Virus record (IMG/VR): IMGVR_UViG_3300001528_000580
Coordinates: 320,001 to 384,000 of that record
Reading direction: 5' to 3' (one strand)
Source: a virus
Taxonomy: Duplodnaviria > Caudoviricetes
Length of the DNA: 64,000 bases
Shown: positions 17,952 through 28,272 of the stretch, one piece after another
How positions within the stretch are numbered: position 1 is the stretch's first letter
Layout of the letters: each line of letters begins with the position of its first letter
Program-made: the position numbers and the translations under genes
The notes under the pieces: model-generated
Told to the model about the DNA's origin: nothing
Seen by the model: only the letters and a program-made list of their open reading frames with translations
Database searches by the model: none

Positions 17952-18578
17952 TTATTGCTCCAATTATTATTTTTTATAATCATCGTTGTTATATTAATTC
18001 TAGATTCACTTTTTCTTATCAAATCTTCTGGATTTCCACAACCTAATATTTCACAATTATGTTCAGAAAACCATTTTTTCATTCCATATTGATTCAAACA
18101 ATATATATGTTCATTAGGTTTAAAATGCTTCCATGCAGATAATTCTCTTAAGCTATCTGTATCTGGTGTTTCTGGAAAAGATAAAAATAAATATTTAAAT
18201 TTAATTTTAAATAATTCCTCAATATTATAATAATGTTCTAATACATCGGTTAAAAAAATCAAATCCCAATTCGTACTTTCTAACTCTTCTTTTGATATTG
18301 TATCACCACTCAAATCATATTCTGCACCATATCCGAAAATTTTTTTACAAATTTTTCCAAAAATACCATTACCAGAACCAACATCACAAACTTTCCAATT
18401 TTTAAAATCTTTTAATTCTTCTGAATTAATAAAATTTAAAAAATAACCTATTCTTAAATAACTCATTTCTAATGTTGTTGATTGCATTTTTTTTATAATC
18501 AGTATTATAATCAAATGGTTGAGGATCTTGCTGTTTCCAAAAGTTATATTTATTATCCTTAATAAAATTATATTCCAT
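17945..18578 (-). CDS. SAM-dependent methyltransferase, frameshifted at an A8 run
   Basis: VCDVGSGNG, TDVLEH, WKHFKPNEH in 17945..18487; RBS-led 5' part MEYNF..QPFDYNTDYKK from 18578 is one base out of frame. Confidence 0.75.
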
Positions 18579-18634
18579 ATACATCTCCATACTTAATATT
18601 TTTTAATATACAAAAATATTAATTTTTTATATAA

Positions 18635-18657
18635 AAAACGCACTAAATTAGTGCGTT
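18635..18657 (-). terminator. Rho-independent terminator
   Basis: AACGCACTAA/TTAGTGCGTT hairpin plus T run. Confidence 0.75.
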
Positions 18658-18668
18658 AATATCTTATT

Positions 18669-19646
18669 TTATCTATTTTTTAGCAATTTAAATCCTTCTT
18701 CGTAAAACCTTACATATCTAACAACTTCATCAACAGATATCATATCTAAACATTTTGGAATAACTTGTCCTGATTTTGTTTTTATCGGGAAATAACATAA
18801 TGAATTATCTTTAGGATCACCATCTCCAATAGGTATAGTTCTTGATTTCCAACACCCCCCTTTATCGCAACATGGCAACATTCCACATCTTGATATATAT
18901 TGATGAGAAGTAAATGCTTGCCAAGTCATAGGTTCTCTTCCACCTGCGATTACAATACACGGACGACTTTTTAAACATTTATTTGGTTCTGCTTGCATGG
19001 TAGCCAATAACATAGGGAACGATACTGGTGTAATTACACCTGATGAATGATACATCAAATTAATAAATTGTCTTGTTGTTGTTTTACCTATCAAATCAAT
19101 AACATTTTTTAATCTAGGATGTTTATGATCTGGATGATCCTCTCCTATTTGAACAAATACTACTTCACCTAGTAATTGATTTACAACTTGTTGATATCTA
19201 TCATACTCCCAACCCTTAGCAGTAAAGTCTTTTTTAAATCCAGCATCAATAATCCAATATCTTTTATCACCTGCCAATTGATCATCAATCATAGATGGAC
19301 TATTTTTTTCTTTTTCACTTAAATGTAAATCACAGCAAAAATCTCCTTGTTCTATTCTCATATTTAATTTTTGTTCAAAAAATTTTCTAAATCCATGTAT
19401 AAAGTGATATGGTTTAGTATTTGAGCTATGTATCAATGGATATTCTGCTTTAAAAACCATGTCAGCATTTTTTTCATTTATATCTCTATTTAAATATGGA
19501 TTATTTTCCCAAATATCCATAGCTGTTGTTTTTACATTTATTTCAAAAAAATCTTTACATGAATTATAAAGATCCCTTATTCCAGAAGTTAACATTAAAA
19601 TATCGCCAGGAGCTTGACCATTGGTAATAAAAAGTTTTTTCTTCAT
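18669..19646 (-). CDS. GT9-like (heptosyltransferase-type) glycosyltransferase
   Basis: PGDILMLT, FVQIG, DLIGKTT, Cys-rich C-terminus LPCC..GCW. Confidence 0.85.
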   Translation of the reverse strand: MKKKLFITNGQAPGDILMLTSGIRDLYNSCKDFFEINVKTTAMDIWENNPYLNRDINEKNADMVFKAEYPLIHSSNTKPYHFIHGFRKFFEQKLNMRIEQGDFCCDLHLSEKEKNSPSMIDDQLAGDKRYWIIDAGFKKDFTAKGWEYDRYQQVVNQLLGEVVFVQIGEDHPDHKHPRLKNVIDLIGKTTTRQFINLMYHSSGVITPVSFPMLLATMQAEPNKCLKSRPCIVIAGGREPMTWQAFTSHQYISRCGMLPCCDKGGCWKSRTIPIGDGDPKDNSLCYFPIKTKSGQVIPKCLDMISVDEVVRYVRFYEEGFKLLKNR

Positions 19647-19697
19647 ATATATATTATCCTACATTTTCATTTTTAATTTTAAAAAATTATAAAAATA

Positions 19698-20213
19698 TTA
19701 TAATGTTTTTATAATTAATTCATATATTTTATCCAACACTGTTACATCACCATCGAATTCATAAAATTCAATATGATTAGTTAATAACATATTTTTTAAT
19801 TCTATGGATAAATTATCAGATTCTAATTCTGATTCTCTCCTTCCATTATTATCAAATTTAAATCTTCTATTCAAGAATATATTAAAATTATCATATGTTA
19901 AAAACATGTCAATAATAAATTGTTTAAAACTATTTGGATAATCATCCGGTTCATATAATACTCCTAACAAGATTGGAGAATCTGTTATTACAAAATCAAC
20001 TTTATTTCTCAATCTATGTATGTAATGATTTTGAACTCCTGTAACATAAAATTGATCTTCTAAACAAATTTTCCTTTCCTCATAAATAAGCCCTTTAGCA
20101 AATTCTGTGACAAGTTCTACTTTATATCCATTTAATTTCATTTTATAAAACAATCCAGAAGCTATTGTACTTTTACCTGCTCCGCTAGATCCAAACAAAT
20201 TAATCACTTTCAT
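19698..20213 (-). CDS. NadR/AAA_28-type P-loop kinase
   Basis: INLFGSSGAGKST, VTEFAK, ITDSPI. Confidence 0.85.
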   Translation of the reverse strand: MKVINLFGSSGAGKSTIASGLFYKMKLNGYKVELVTEFAKGLIYEERKICLEDQFYVTGVQNHYIHRLRNKVDFVITDSPILLGVLYEPDDYPNSFKQFIIDMFLTYDNFNIFLNRRFKFDNNGRRESELESDNLSIELKNMLLTNHIEFYEFDGDVTVLDKIYELIIKTL

Positions 20214-20236
20214 TAAGATAAAATTCCTTTTCTATA

Positions 20237-20265
20237 AAAAAATCCAGATTTTTAAAATCTGGATT
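20237..20265 (-). terminator. Rho-independent terminator
   Basis: AATCCAGATTT/AAATCTGGATT hairpin plus T run. Confidence 0.7.
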
Positions 20266-20289
20266 AATGTTTTTAGTTAATACAAATAA

Positions 20290-21834
20290 TTAACTATTTT
20301 CAACTATATTTTGAATATAGCTGATAACCGAATCATTCCAACCAAATATCTGATGAATATTATATTCAACACACTGTTCTTCTGACATAGGTCTCTGATC
20401 ATATCCATCACATCTGATAACAAATGCACAAGCATTCGGATATTTCTTCTTATATTTTATCCATGATTCTATCCACGATTCATTACCACCATTATAACTT
20501 CTACGATTATAACTTTCAGTATCAGTAACGAAAACGCAATAATCACGTTCAATATTGTTTTTTAACATATAGTCTAAGGCACAATTCATATTTGTACCAC
20601 CGCCACCCAAAGATTTAATGTAATTCATATGAGAAATTACAGAATCTTTCTTTGGAATTTTATATGGTTTCAATGAAGAAGCCCACGGCAATACAATTGC
20701 ATCATCAACACCTTTAACGAGAAAACCAGTAAACATTGCAGAAATATCCAAATAACTCAATGTACTTCTTGCAGAATATCCACCAAGTCTACCATTCATG
20801 GAACCTGAAACATCAGGACAAATTGCCCATGTTTTTTCGTTAAACTTATTCCAATCATATTGAATAATATAATCATCCAATACATCTGCTAACACATCGC
20901 CAACCTTGTTAGTAGAAGAAATATTTTTCCATGTCATAAACAATCTGAAAGGAAATACTTTTGCCTTCTTCAAATTCTCTACTGTAAATTTTTGTTTTGC
21001 ATAATCATAGGTATTAACACCAACTCTTTCAAATTTGTTAAGATATTTCAAAAATCTCATTACAGGAGAATTTTTAGCAATAGCATCCCAAATATTTTTG
21101 TCAAATTTATCATAATATGCAGTCAAACTATCTACATCAAGACGATAATTTAAAATATTTTCTTTTACTTGTTCATAATTTCCTTCATTCAACAATTTTG
21201 GAATTTCTTCAAATGCAGAAAATTCTTTAAATTCATCATATGCCTTCTGAATATTTACATCAGTAGCACTATCAGTTTTTCCTCTCAAAATATAAGAATA
21301 AATACAATTATTATCTTTTGGTCTTGACAATCTAATTGCATCACCAATAGCTTTACGGTATTTCAACGCATAATATGGATTTACCTTTTTCTTCAACCAA
21401 TCATTAATAGCAGTTTTGATCGAACGCCCAAACCCTCTTGTTTTTCTTGTCAAATCAATAAAATTTTCCAAGTCATCGCCAGTATAAATAACATGTTCAA
21501 AACACTTTTTAAACAAATTGGTATCTTTTTGAGAAAGATAAACAAGACCCAAAATTGGAAATGCCCTTATATAACCAACATTCCTGCCAATAACAATTGC
21601 TTTTGCAAGATCAGATGCTTCGGATCTTTTTATCAAATCAATCGCTTCATCAATAATATCTTTTTGAGATACATAAAATGTTCTTCCCAAAACACCAGTC
21701 ATTGCATATTGAATTAATCTTTCTCTATCACTTATTTTCCATGCTGGTGCTCCTTCAAAAGTAATTGTGTCGGTTGTTTTCAAAACATCATTTTCAACCT
21801 GTTCAACTCTTGAAATTACATTCTTCATTTTCAT
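20290..21834 (-). CDS. Ro60-like TROVE/vWA RNA-binding protein
   Basis: TFYVS, GFGRSIKTAINDW, KVFPFR (TROVE); DVSGSM, GGGTN, VTDTE (MIDAS). Confidence 0.9.
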   Translation of the reverse strand: MKMKNVISRVEQVENDVLKTTDTITFEGAPAWKISDRERLIQYAMTGVLGRTFYVSQKDIIDEAIDLIKRSEASDLAKAIVIGRNVGYIRAFPILGLVYLSQKDTNLFKKCFEHVIYTGDDLENFIDLTRKTRGFGRSIKTAINDWLKKKVNPYYALKYRKAIGDAIRLSRPKDNNCIYSYILRGKTDSATDVNIQKAYDEFKEFSAFEEIPKLLNEGNYEQVKENILNYRLDVDSLTAYYDKFDKNIWDAIAKNSPVMRFLKYLNKFERVGVNTYDYAKQKFTVENLKKAKVFPFRLFMTWKNISSTNKVGDVLADVLDDYIIQYDWNKFNEKTWAICPDVSGSMNGRLGGYSARSTLSYLDISAMFTGFLVKGVDDAIVLPWASSLKPYKIPKKDSVISHMNYIKSLGGGGTNMNCALDYMLKNNIERDYCVFVTDTESYNRRSYNGGNESWIESWIKYKKKYPNACAFVIRCDGYDQRPMSEEQCVEYNIHQIFGWNDSVISYIQNIVENS

Positions 21835-21919
21835 TCTCCATTTTTATTTTAATTTTTCAGCGAATATAACTTAATATAACACATAAAAATAATAAGTCAA
21901 GCTATTTTTTTTAAAAAAA

Positions 21920-22342
21920 TCAAATTTTTAATCCATAATTATTATTATTCGATTTGGAGTCCTTGAAATTTCCACTTTTCCAAGAGCCACCCAACCAAAG
22001 ACTATTTACAAAATCACCATTTTCAAATATCCCATTTTTCCATATAGCATTCTTAAACAATCCAAATTTAAAAGTACCGTTATACCAAGTTCCACCTAAA
22101 AAATTACCATAAAATATTCCGTCTAGCCAATTTCCACTCTTCCAATATATAAACCCATCTTTTGTTATCTCAAAAGAACCATTCTCACATGTAAAATAAT
22201 GAACTTTATTTCTTTTTAAAGAAAAAACATCTTTATTCAACCAATATGAAATATTTCCTGTATAATGTTCAAAAGTATTATTATTTCCAGAACAAAAATT
22301 ATCTATAATTAAATGTTTCAATTCTTCATCTATAACATTCAT
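21920..22342 (-). CDS. Hypothetical protein with W/F-x-x-G pentapeptide-like repeats (start revised to MNVIDEE)
   Basis: WKSGNWLDGIFYGNFLGGTWYNGTF..; the track start overlaps the promoter at 22373-22400. Confidence 0.75.
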   Translation of the reverse strand: MNVIDEELKHLIIDNFCSGNNNTFEHYTGNISYWLNKDVFSLKRNKVHYFTCENGSFEITKDGFIYWKSGNWLDGIFYGNFLGGTWYNGTFKFGLFKNAIWKNGIFENGDFVNSLWLGGSWKSGNFKDSKSNNNNYGLKI

Positions 22343-22406
22343 ATTACAATTCCTTGTTTTACATTTATATATAATATAACACAAGATTTATAAAAGTCAA
22401 ATCTAA

Positions 22407-23231
22407 TCAAATAGATAAGATGATATTATCTTCATTTATTTTTGATTCTTCACTATGTATAATATGATTTCTAATTAATTTTGCTTTATATAAATCGTTA
22501 TCATTATACTCATATAAAACATTATTATCATGATAAAATTTATTATTAACTAATACCTTTAAAGTTAATTGACATGCTGTATTTTTAAATTTATATTTTA
22601 AATTATGTAAGCCTTCTGACAAAAATATATTATTGTTAATAATTTGACCATCTATATTAGATAATATTATACAATTAGTCTTTGTTATTAATGACTCATC
22701 GCTAAACATTGGTGTTTCAGAAAATTTATTTTTATATTTATTTCCTATAAAAAAATTAAAAATATCATCAATAGTAAATTTATAATATTCTATATTAACT
22801 GTGTTGTATATTAAATCATTTACAACAATAAAATTCATATTTGGAAATGTAATGACACCATCAATTACATAATTTGAATCGCACCAATATTCTGTATAAT
22901 ACAAATCATCAGAAAATAAATAATGAGTAGTATAATTACAATAAACAGAATCATTAATATTAATTATATCATTAATTAATATATAACTATCACTATTATA
23001 ATTATTTTCACTAATATTGATTATATCATCAATTATCAACTCTGTATTTTTATAATTTAAATACATGTTAGTTACATTCAAAGTATCGTTTATTGTAATA
23101 AAAATATCATTTATTAATATATCATACTTTATAACACTTAAATCATCAACTATTTCAATGATGGTATTTAAATCATTAGTATTATCAATTATTTTAAAAC
23201 TATCTTTAACATGTATTATTTTATTACTCAT
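22407..23231 (-). CDS. Probable virion protein with IxDxIxI repeats
   Basis: Repeated IHVKDSFKIID / ITINDTLNV / ILINDIININD; last gene of the structural operon. Confidence 0.6.
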   Translation of the reverse strand: MSNKIIHVKDSFKIIDNTNDLNTIIEIVDDLSVIKYDILINDIFITINDTLNVTNMYLNYKNTELIIDDIINISENNYNSDSYILINDIININDSVYCNYTTHYLFSDDLYYTEYWCDSNYVIDGVITFPNMNFIVVNDLIYNTVNIEYYKFTIDDIFNFFIGNKYKNKFSETPMFSDESLITKTNCIILSNIDGQIINNNIFLSEGLHNLKYKFKNTACQLTLKVLVNNKFYHDNNVLYEYNDNDLYKAKLIRNHIIHSEESKINEDNIILSI

Positions 23232-23233
23232 AA

Positions 23234-24145
23234 TTAACTATTTGTCATACTTAACTGATATTGTATTTCTACGGTTTCAAATGCTTCTTGCTGCCACGGA
23301 GTATCAAAATTAGCTAAACTAAATGGTACAAAATTGTCATTGTCGTCTTTATAATCAAGAGTAATTGCATAAACAGTATCACTACTATTTAAATCATCTA
23401 ATTCCAAATTAGTTTTAAAAATAACAGAATAATTCAAAGAAGAATCTGCTAAAACATAGGATATTTCTTTTCTTAATAATGGAGTCAATGTTGTAATATT
23501 TTCACTTGTAGCTTCTTGAGCATATAAACTGATATGGGTTGGTGGATAAACATTGGCTGTTTTTGAATATAATCTCAATCTATATAAATAATATGGTATA
23601 TAACTACTATATGAGCTAGCTAAAAATCCACCAAATACAAATCGTATTGATTTTGCTTTTATATTTGAATTTAAATAATAAATATTTTCATTTTCTAATC
23701 TATCATCAACTTCTATTTGTTCTCTTAAAAACGCTGGTATTAATAAATCATTTATCGGTATATATTGCAATCCACTATCCTTTTTATATTCTATTTTAAT
23801 CAAACTATTAACTGAATTATCATCAATATAATAATCACAATCTATACCAACAGCATATAATTCTGTAATATCATTAAATTCAATTGTATAATACGCTTCT
23901 TTTTGATTTACTTGAATATAATTTGAACTTGATTCTTTTATAGGTTCTAAAAGATCGCCACCAGATGAAATAAAACCAGTAGCTTGAACATTTGAATTAT
24001 TAATTAAATCTATTTTTTTAGAAGAATCGTTTTTATTTGTCAAAAACCATGCTTGCATTAATTCAAAACCATCTTTTTGAATATTGTTATTAGCAATTAT
24101 ATTTTTATTGCTCTTTTTTATATTATATTTTCCACTTAAAATCAT
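23234..24145 (-). CDS. Tail/baseplate-like paralog 5
   Basis: N-terminal MILSGKY..NNIQKDG and C-terminal TPW..ETVEIQYQL shared with neighbours. Confidence 0.6.
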   Translation of the reverse strand: MILSGKYNIKKSNKNIIANNNIQKDGFELMQAWFLTNKNDSSKKIDLINNSNVQATGFISSGGDLLEPIKESSSNYIQVNQKEAYYTIEFNDITELYAVGIDCDYYIDDNSVNSLIKIEYKKDSGLQYIPINDLLIPAFLREQIEVDDRLENENIYYLNSNIKAKSIRFVFGGFLASSYSSYIPYYLYRLRLYSKTANVYPPTHISLYAQEATSENITTLTPLLRKEISYVLADSSLNYSVIFKTNLELDDLNSSDTVYAITLDYKDDNDNFVPFSLANFDTPWQQEAFETVEIQYQLSMTNS

Positions 24146-24159
24146 TTTAAAAAATCCTT

Positions 24160-25224
24160 TTATAAAGAACTTGATGAAGTTGATGAATTACTTGATAAAT
24201 TATTATCAGAATAAATGTTAATGCAATAATCAACATCTACAATATCGTTTGATGTTTTTTTCCACGGAGTATCAAAAACACCTCTACTAAATAATCTATC
24301 ACAAATATTTGGTGTATCTGTATATAATATTTGATCATTATAAAAATATAAACCTATCTCATTAAATTCTACATCATTACAATCATTATAATTCAATCTA
24401 CTACTATAAACAATTTTATAAACATTTTCATTAGAATAATCTGATTTATGTTTATTAATAAATATTTTTGATGATAATCCAAATAAATCTGTATCTCCAA
24501 CAGAAGCTACAACACTAGAAGTTCCCAATCCTATTACACATGGTGGATTTGGATATGAATTTTTTTCTAAAATACCCAATCCATACATACCAAAACTATC
24601 TGAACCTTCACTAGTAATTAATTTTATTCTAATTGTTTTAACGTTATCAATACTTCTTTCAATTGAAAAAGGTGTATCAAATCTAACTATTTTACAATTT
24701 TTATATTTAGTACTAGATGAATTAGATGCAGATGGCATAGCAACATACTTTTGTTTAATCCAATAACTTTCATCCTTATCTTTTACATCAGCATAATTTA
24801 AATTAGTTGTTGATATTTCAAAATATGGAATACTATTTCCTCTGCTTTGACCATATAATAATATACCAGAACAATTAATAGTTCTATTAGAAATTTCTAA
24901 AAATATAACATTATTATTGTCATAATTGGCTCTCATTACCATTCCTGTACTAGTATTATCTAAATGTTTACTATAATAATTTTGTAAACAATCATTTGGA
25001 ACTAAATTATTATTTAAAACATATGGAGTTATCTCTTGATAATTTATAAATCTTTCACTTGATAAACTTTTTCCAGAAAAAAGATCATTATCATATCCTG
25101 TATAATTATCATGTGAAAGCCATTCACATATCAAACGTTTGCCAATATTAGTTATGGTATTTGAACCTTTTGATATAATATTTCCATTCAAATCTTTTAC
25201 TTCAAATGTTCCCTTAATTTTCAT
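24160..25224 (-). CDS. Tail/baseplate-like paralog 4
   Basis: NTITNIG..IGLGTS..EIGLY..LFSR..KTSNDIVDVDY. Confidence 0.65.
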   Translation of the reverse strand: MKIKGTFEVKDLNGNIISKGSNTITNIGKRLICEWLSHDNYTGYDNDLFSGKSLSSERFINYQEITPYVLNNNLVPNDCLQNYYSKHLDNTSTGMVMRANYDNNNVIFLEISNRTINCSGILLYGQSRGNSIPYFEISTTNLNYADVKDKDESYWIKQKYVAMPSASNSSSTKYKNCKIVRFDTPFSIERSIDNVKTIRIKLITSEGSDSFGMYGLGILEKNSYPNPPCVIGLGTSSVVASVGDTDLFGLSSKIFINKHKSDYSNENVYKIVYSSRLNYNDCNDVEFNEIGLYFYNDQILYTDTPNICDRLFSRGVFDTPWKKTSNDIVDVDYCINIYSDNNLSSNSSTSSSSL

Positions 25225-25237
25225 TTTAAAATATTCC

Positions 25238-26839
25238 TTAATTTATTTTCAATTCATAACTAATAATAACTTGCTCATCTTCTGTCTTAATCCAACTTGT
25301 TTCAAAAGTAGCTTTACTAAAACAATTCTTTTCAATAAGAGTTTGTTCAGAAACAATATCAATATCAGATGGATTTGAACTGTTAAGTGTTCCAGAAAAA
25401 TTACCAAATAATCCTATTGCATTATATTCAGTAGTTCCAATAGTAACCCCATCTAAATAATCTAATGTTTTTGAAAATACAACAGTATCATCTCCCTTTA
25501 TTTCAATATTATCAACAATCCATGAATTAACCTCTGTAAAACCATAAACATTTGTTGATAAAGCAATTTTACAAGGATTATATGGTGTTAAAATTGCTTC
25601 AAAAATATCAATAGAAAAAATATCAAAAATAAGTTTTGAATAACTACTATAAGATACTGGCTTTATTCTTAATCTTATAGCTTTAATATTAGGAGCAAAA
25701 CCGAATATATTTTCTGATTCCCCTCTTGATTCATTAAAATTCTCTCCTGCGCCATACATATCAACCTTTGTTTCTAAAGATTCAAAAGTAAAATTTTGAT
25801 AAATTTTACTACCAGAATAATTTGTACTATTAACATTATAATCATTATAACTTGAATGAGAAAAATCCCAACACATTGGTTTATCTTGCCAATTTCCAGA
25901 TGGATTTGCACTAGTATCATCCATAAATTGTGTTCCAGATTCAGAAGAAACGACTAAATTTTGTCTTACCATTGGATCATATAATCTATAACATGGTTCA
26001 TACCAATTATCAATATATGATGATACTGTTGCTCCACTCCATGTAACAGAATCAGGATAACCATTAGTTGCACTACTACTTAACAATGGAGTAAATGATT
26101 CCCCTTCATTTGGTAATCTATTCAAAACAACCCATTTTTGTTTGTCATGAAATAAATAAAACTTAACATACTCTTTAGAAGATAATGAACTCTTGGTTTT
26201 TCTAATATAATATGGTTTATTATTATATAAAGGTTTGTTAATATCATAACATCTTAAAAAATCACCGCCATAAATATTATAATATTTATCGTTTTCTGCT
26301 CTTCCAGAATCATTAATATGGTATCCTTCTGTTTTCAAATCTATATATACATTTTGCATAATAGTTGATGAATAAGAATTATTATTAGAATCTCCAAAAT
26401 TAAATCTACTTAATAAACCAATTTTTTTTAAATTAATAGATTTTGAAAAATAAATTTCAATACTTACCTCTCCTGATAAATTTTTAGTTATATAAGTAGT
26501 ATAATTTGTAGGATCATTATTAATACTATTCTTAACCTTATTCATTCCACCAAGATAAATTTCATTATCTGTTTTGCCAACAGTTACAAGAGATGAACCA
26601 TTTTTAATAGATATTTTCCTTGTTTCATTATTATATCCAACAGGAGAACCAAAAGTATTTGTCAATTCTTTCTTTGAAAAAATAATATCTTTATCTAAAA
26701 ATCTAGCAAGTTGTAATGCACCAAATTTAGTAATATTATTTTTAGTATTTATTTCACTTGCATTACCATTTTTAGATATTTTTTTACAATTATATTTTCC
26801 TGTTATTTCAATTTCATTTTCCATTTTTATGTTCCCCAA
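25238..26839 (-). CDS. Tail/baseplate-like paralog 3
   Basis: NNITKFG..AIGLF..FSKA..KTEDEQVIISYEL. Confidence 0.65.
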   Translation of the reverse strand: MGNIKMENEIEITGKYNCKKISKNGNASEINTKNNITKFGALQLARFLDKDIIFSKKELTNTFGSPVGYNNETRKISIKNGSSLVTVGKTDNEIYLGGMNKVKNSINNDPTNYTTYITKNLSGEVSIEIYFSKSINLKKIGLLSRFNFGDSNNNSYSSTIMQNVYIDLKTEGYHINDSGRAENDKYYNIYGGDFLRCYDINKPLYNNKPYYIRKTKSSLSSKEYVKFYLFHDKQKWVVLNRLPNEGESFTPLLSSSATNGYPDSVTWSGATVSSYIDNWYEPCYRLYDPMVRQNLVVSSESGTQFMDDTSANPSGNWQDKPMCWDFSHSSYNDYNVNSTNYSGSKIYQNFTFESLETKVDMYGAGENFNESRGESENIFGFAPNIKAIRLRIKPVSYSSYSKLIFDIFSIDIFEAILTPYNPCKIALSTNVYGFTEVNSWIVDNIEIKGDDTVVFSKTLDYLDGVTIGTTEYNAIGLFGNFSGTLNSSNPSDIDIVSEQTLIEKNCFSKATFETSWIKTEDEQVIISYELKIN

Positions 26840-28272
26840 TTAACAGATATTTTATAAGCCAAATCAATTCTTTTATCTTCTGTCTTGATAAAACTATTAT
26901 TAAGTGTTGCTTCACTTAGAATATTATCATATAAATCTTTATTTTCAATATTTGATCTATAAAATTTTGTTTCCTTTGTCAAATCATCACTAAATTTTGA
27001 ACTAATTGACTCATCTTCATAATATAAAACATTATTAATAAAATTACACAATCCAATACTATTATATGTATGACCGTTCCCATCTTTATAATCTAATTTT
27101 CCATAAAATGATATTGAACTATTATTAAAATCATTAGTCTTTCTATATATTTTTATTTTATGTAAAAAATCATTATCTTTTAAATATATCCCTAATGGTC
27201 CAAGTTTAGGAATTCTCAATTTAAAAAATTGCACTTTCTCTATATAAACATTTCCTAATCCATTACTTTTATTAGATGACAAAATACATATCTGATTTGG
27301 AATTTTTATATACCACGGAGATAAACTGAAAAAATAACTTGTCATTTTATCATTCAATTTTAAACCAGAATTTTTAGCATATATACATTGATTTGGATTC
27401 CCTGTTACCATTGGAAAAATTGCATTTGTTCTTGTTTTACCTTGATTAAATGATAAACTAATATTAATATATTCGTTATCAACAATTGTTCCGTTATCAC
27501 TTCTCATATCAATACGCATACCTGAAATATATTCATCTTCAAACTCATAATGATAATATGTAATAATAAATGTTTTCCCTAAATAATTTGCTATATCAAC
27601 TGATGTATTAGTAGTAAATGTTAATTTACCTTTTTCTGTTCTAGTTCCACAATCAAATGTGAACAAATCGGTTACATCACTATTATCATCCTTTCTAATA
27701 ACTTTGAATTTATTATATTTCAAATTTGAATTAGACAATAAAACATTTGATTCTGATAATGTAAATTCTTCTTGAACTTCATTCATTCCAATATCAAAAA
27801 TATATCCACTTTGATTTTTTCTATCTTTATAATCATTTATTTGTTTAGTATTTGGACAAAATAAATCTCCTTCATAATAATTTGATGAATAACTATTAAA
27901 CACGGTTGAACTATATGAATTATTTAAAAACATATTTTGCGTATTCTGTACTTGTGAATTATAATTTCCATCAGAAGATATATTTGAATATTGCTTTCCA
28001 TTAACTACTACTGGTGTATAAAATGGTATTTCACCAGAAAGACCAGAAAACATGTTTTCATTTGAAAGTAAAGATGTTTCTTCATCATCACTTGCATAAA
28101 TACTAGGATTGTTACTGTTTAAACCTTGTAATAACATTTCTTTAAAACAATTTAACCCACTACTTGTTATAGTATTCTTTTTAGTTATTTTGTCAATAAG
28201 TTTATTTTTTTTATCATAAATAGAAATTTCTACTTCACCTGTAATATTTATATTATGTGATTTTAAGCTCAT
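26827..28272 (-). CDS. Tail/baseplate-like paralog 2
   Basis: NTITSSG..SIGL..LSEA..KTEDKRIDLAYKI. Confidence 0.65.
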   Translation of the reverse strand: MSLKSHNINITGEVEISIYDKKNKLIDKITKKNTITSSGLNCFKEMLLQGLNSNNPSIYASDDEETSLLSNENMFSGLSGEIPFYTPVVVNGKQYSNISSDGNYNSQVQNTQNMFLNNSYSSTVFNSYSSNYYEGDLFCPNTKQINDYKDRKNQSGYIFDIGMNEVQEEFTLSESNVLLSNSNLKYNKFKVIRKDDNSDVTDLFTFDCGTRTEKGKLTFTTNTSVDIANYLGKTFIITYYHYEFEDEYISGMRIDMRSDNGTIVDNEYINISLSFNQGKTRTNAIFPMVTGNPNQCIYAKNSGLKLNDKMTSYFFSLSPWYIKIPNQICILSSNKSNGLGNVYIEKVQFFKLRIPKLGPLGIYLKDNDFLHKIKIYRKTNDFNNSSISFYGKLDYKDGNGHTYNSIGLCNFINNVLYYEDESISSKFSDDLTKETKFYRSNIENKDLYDNILSEATLNNSFIKTEDKRIDLAYKISVNWGT

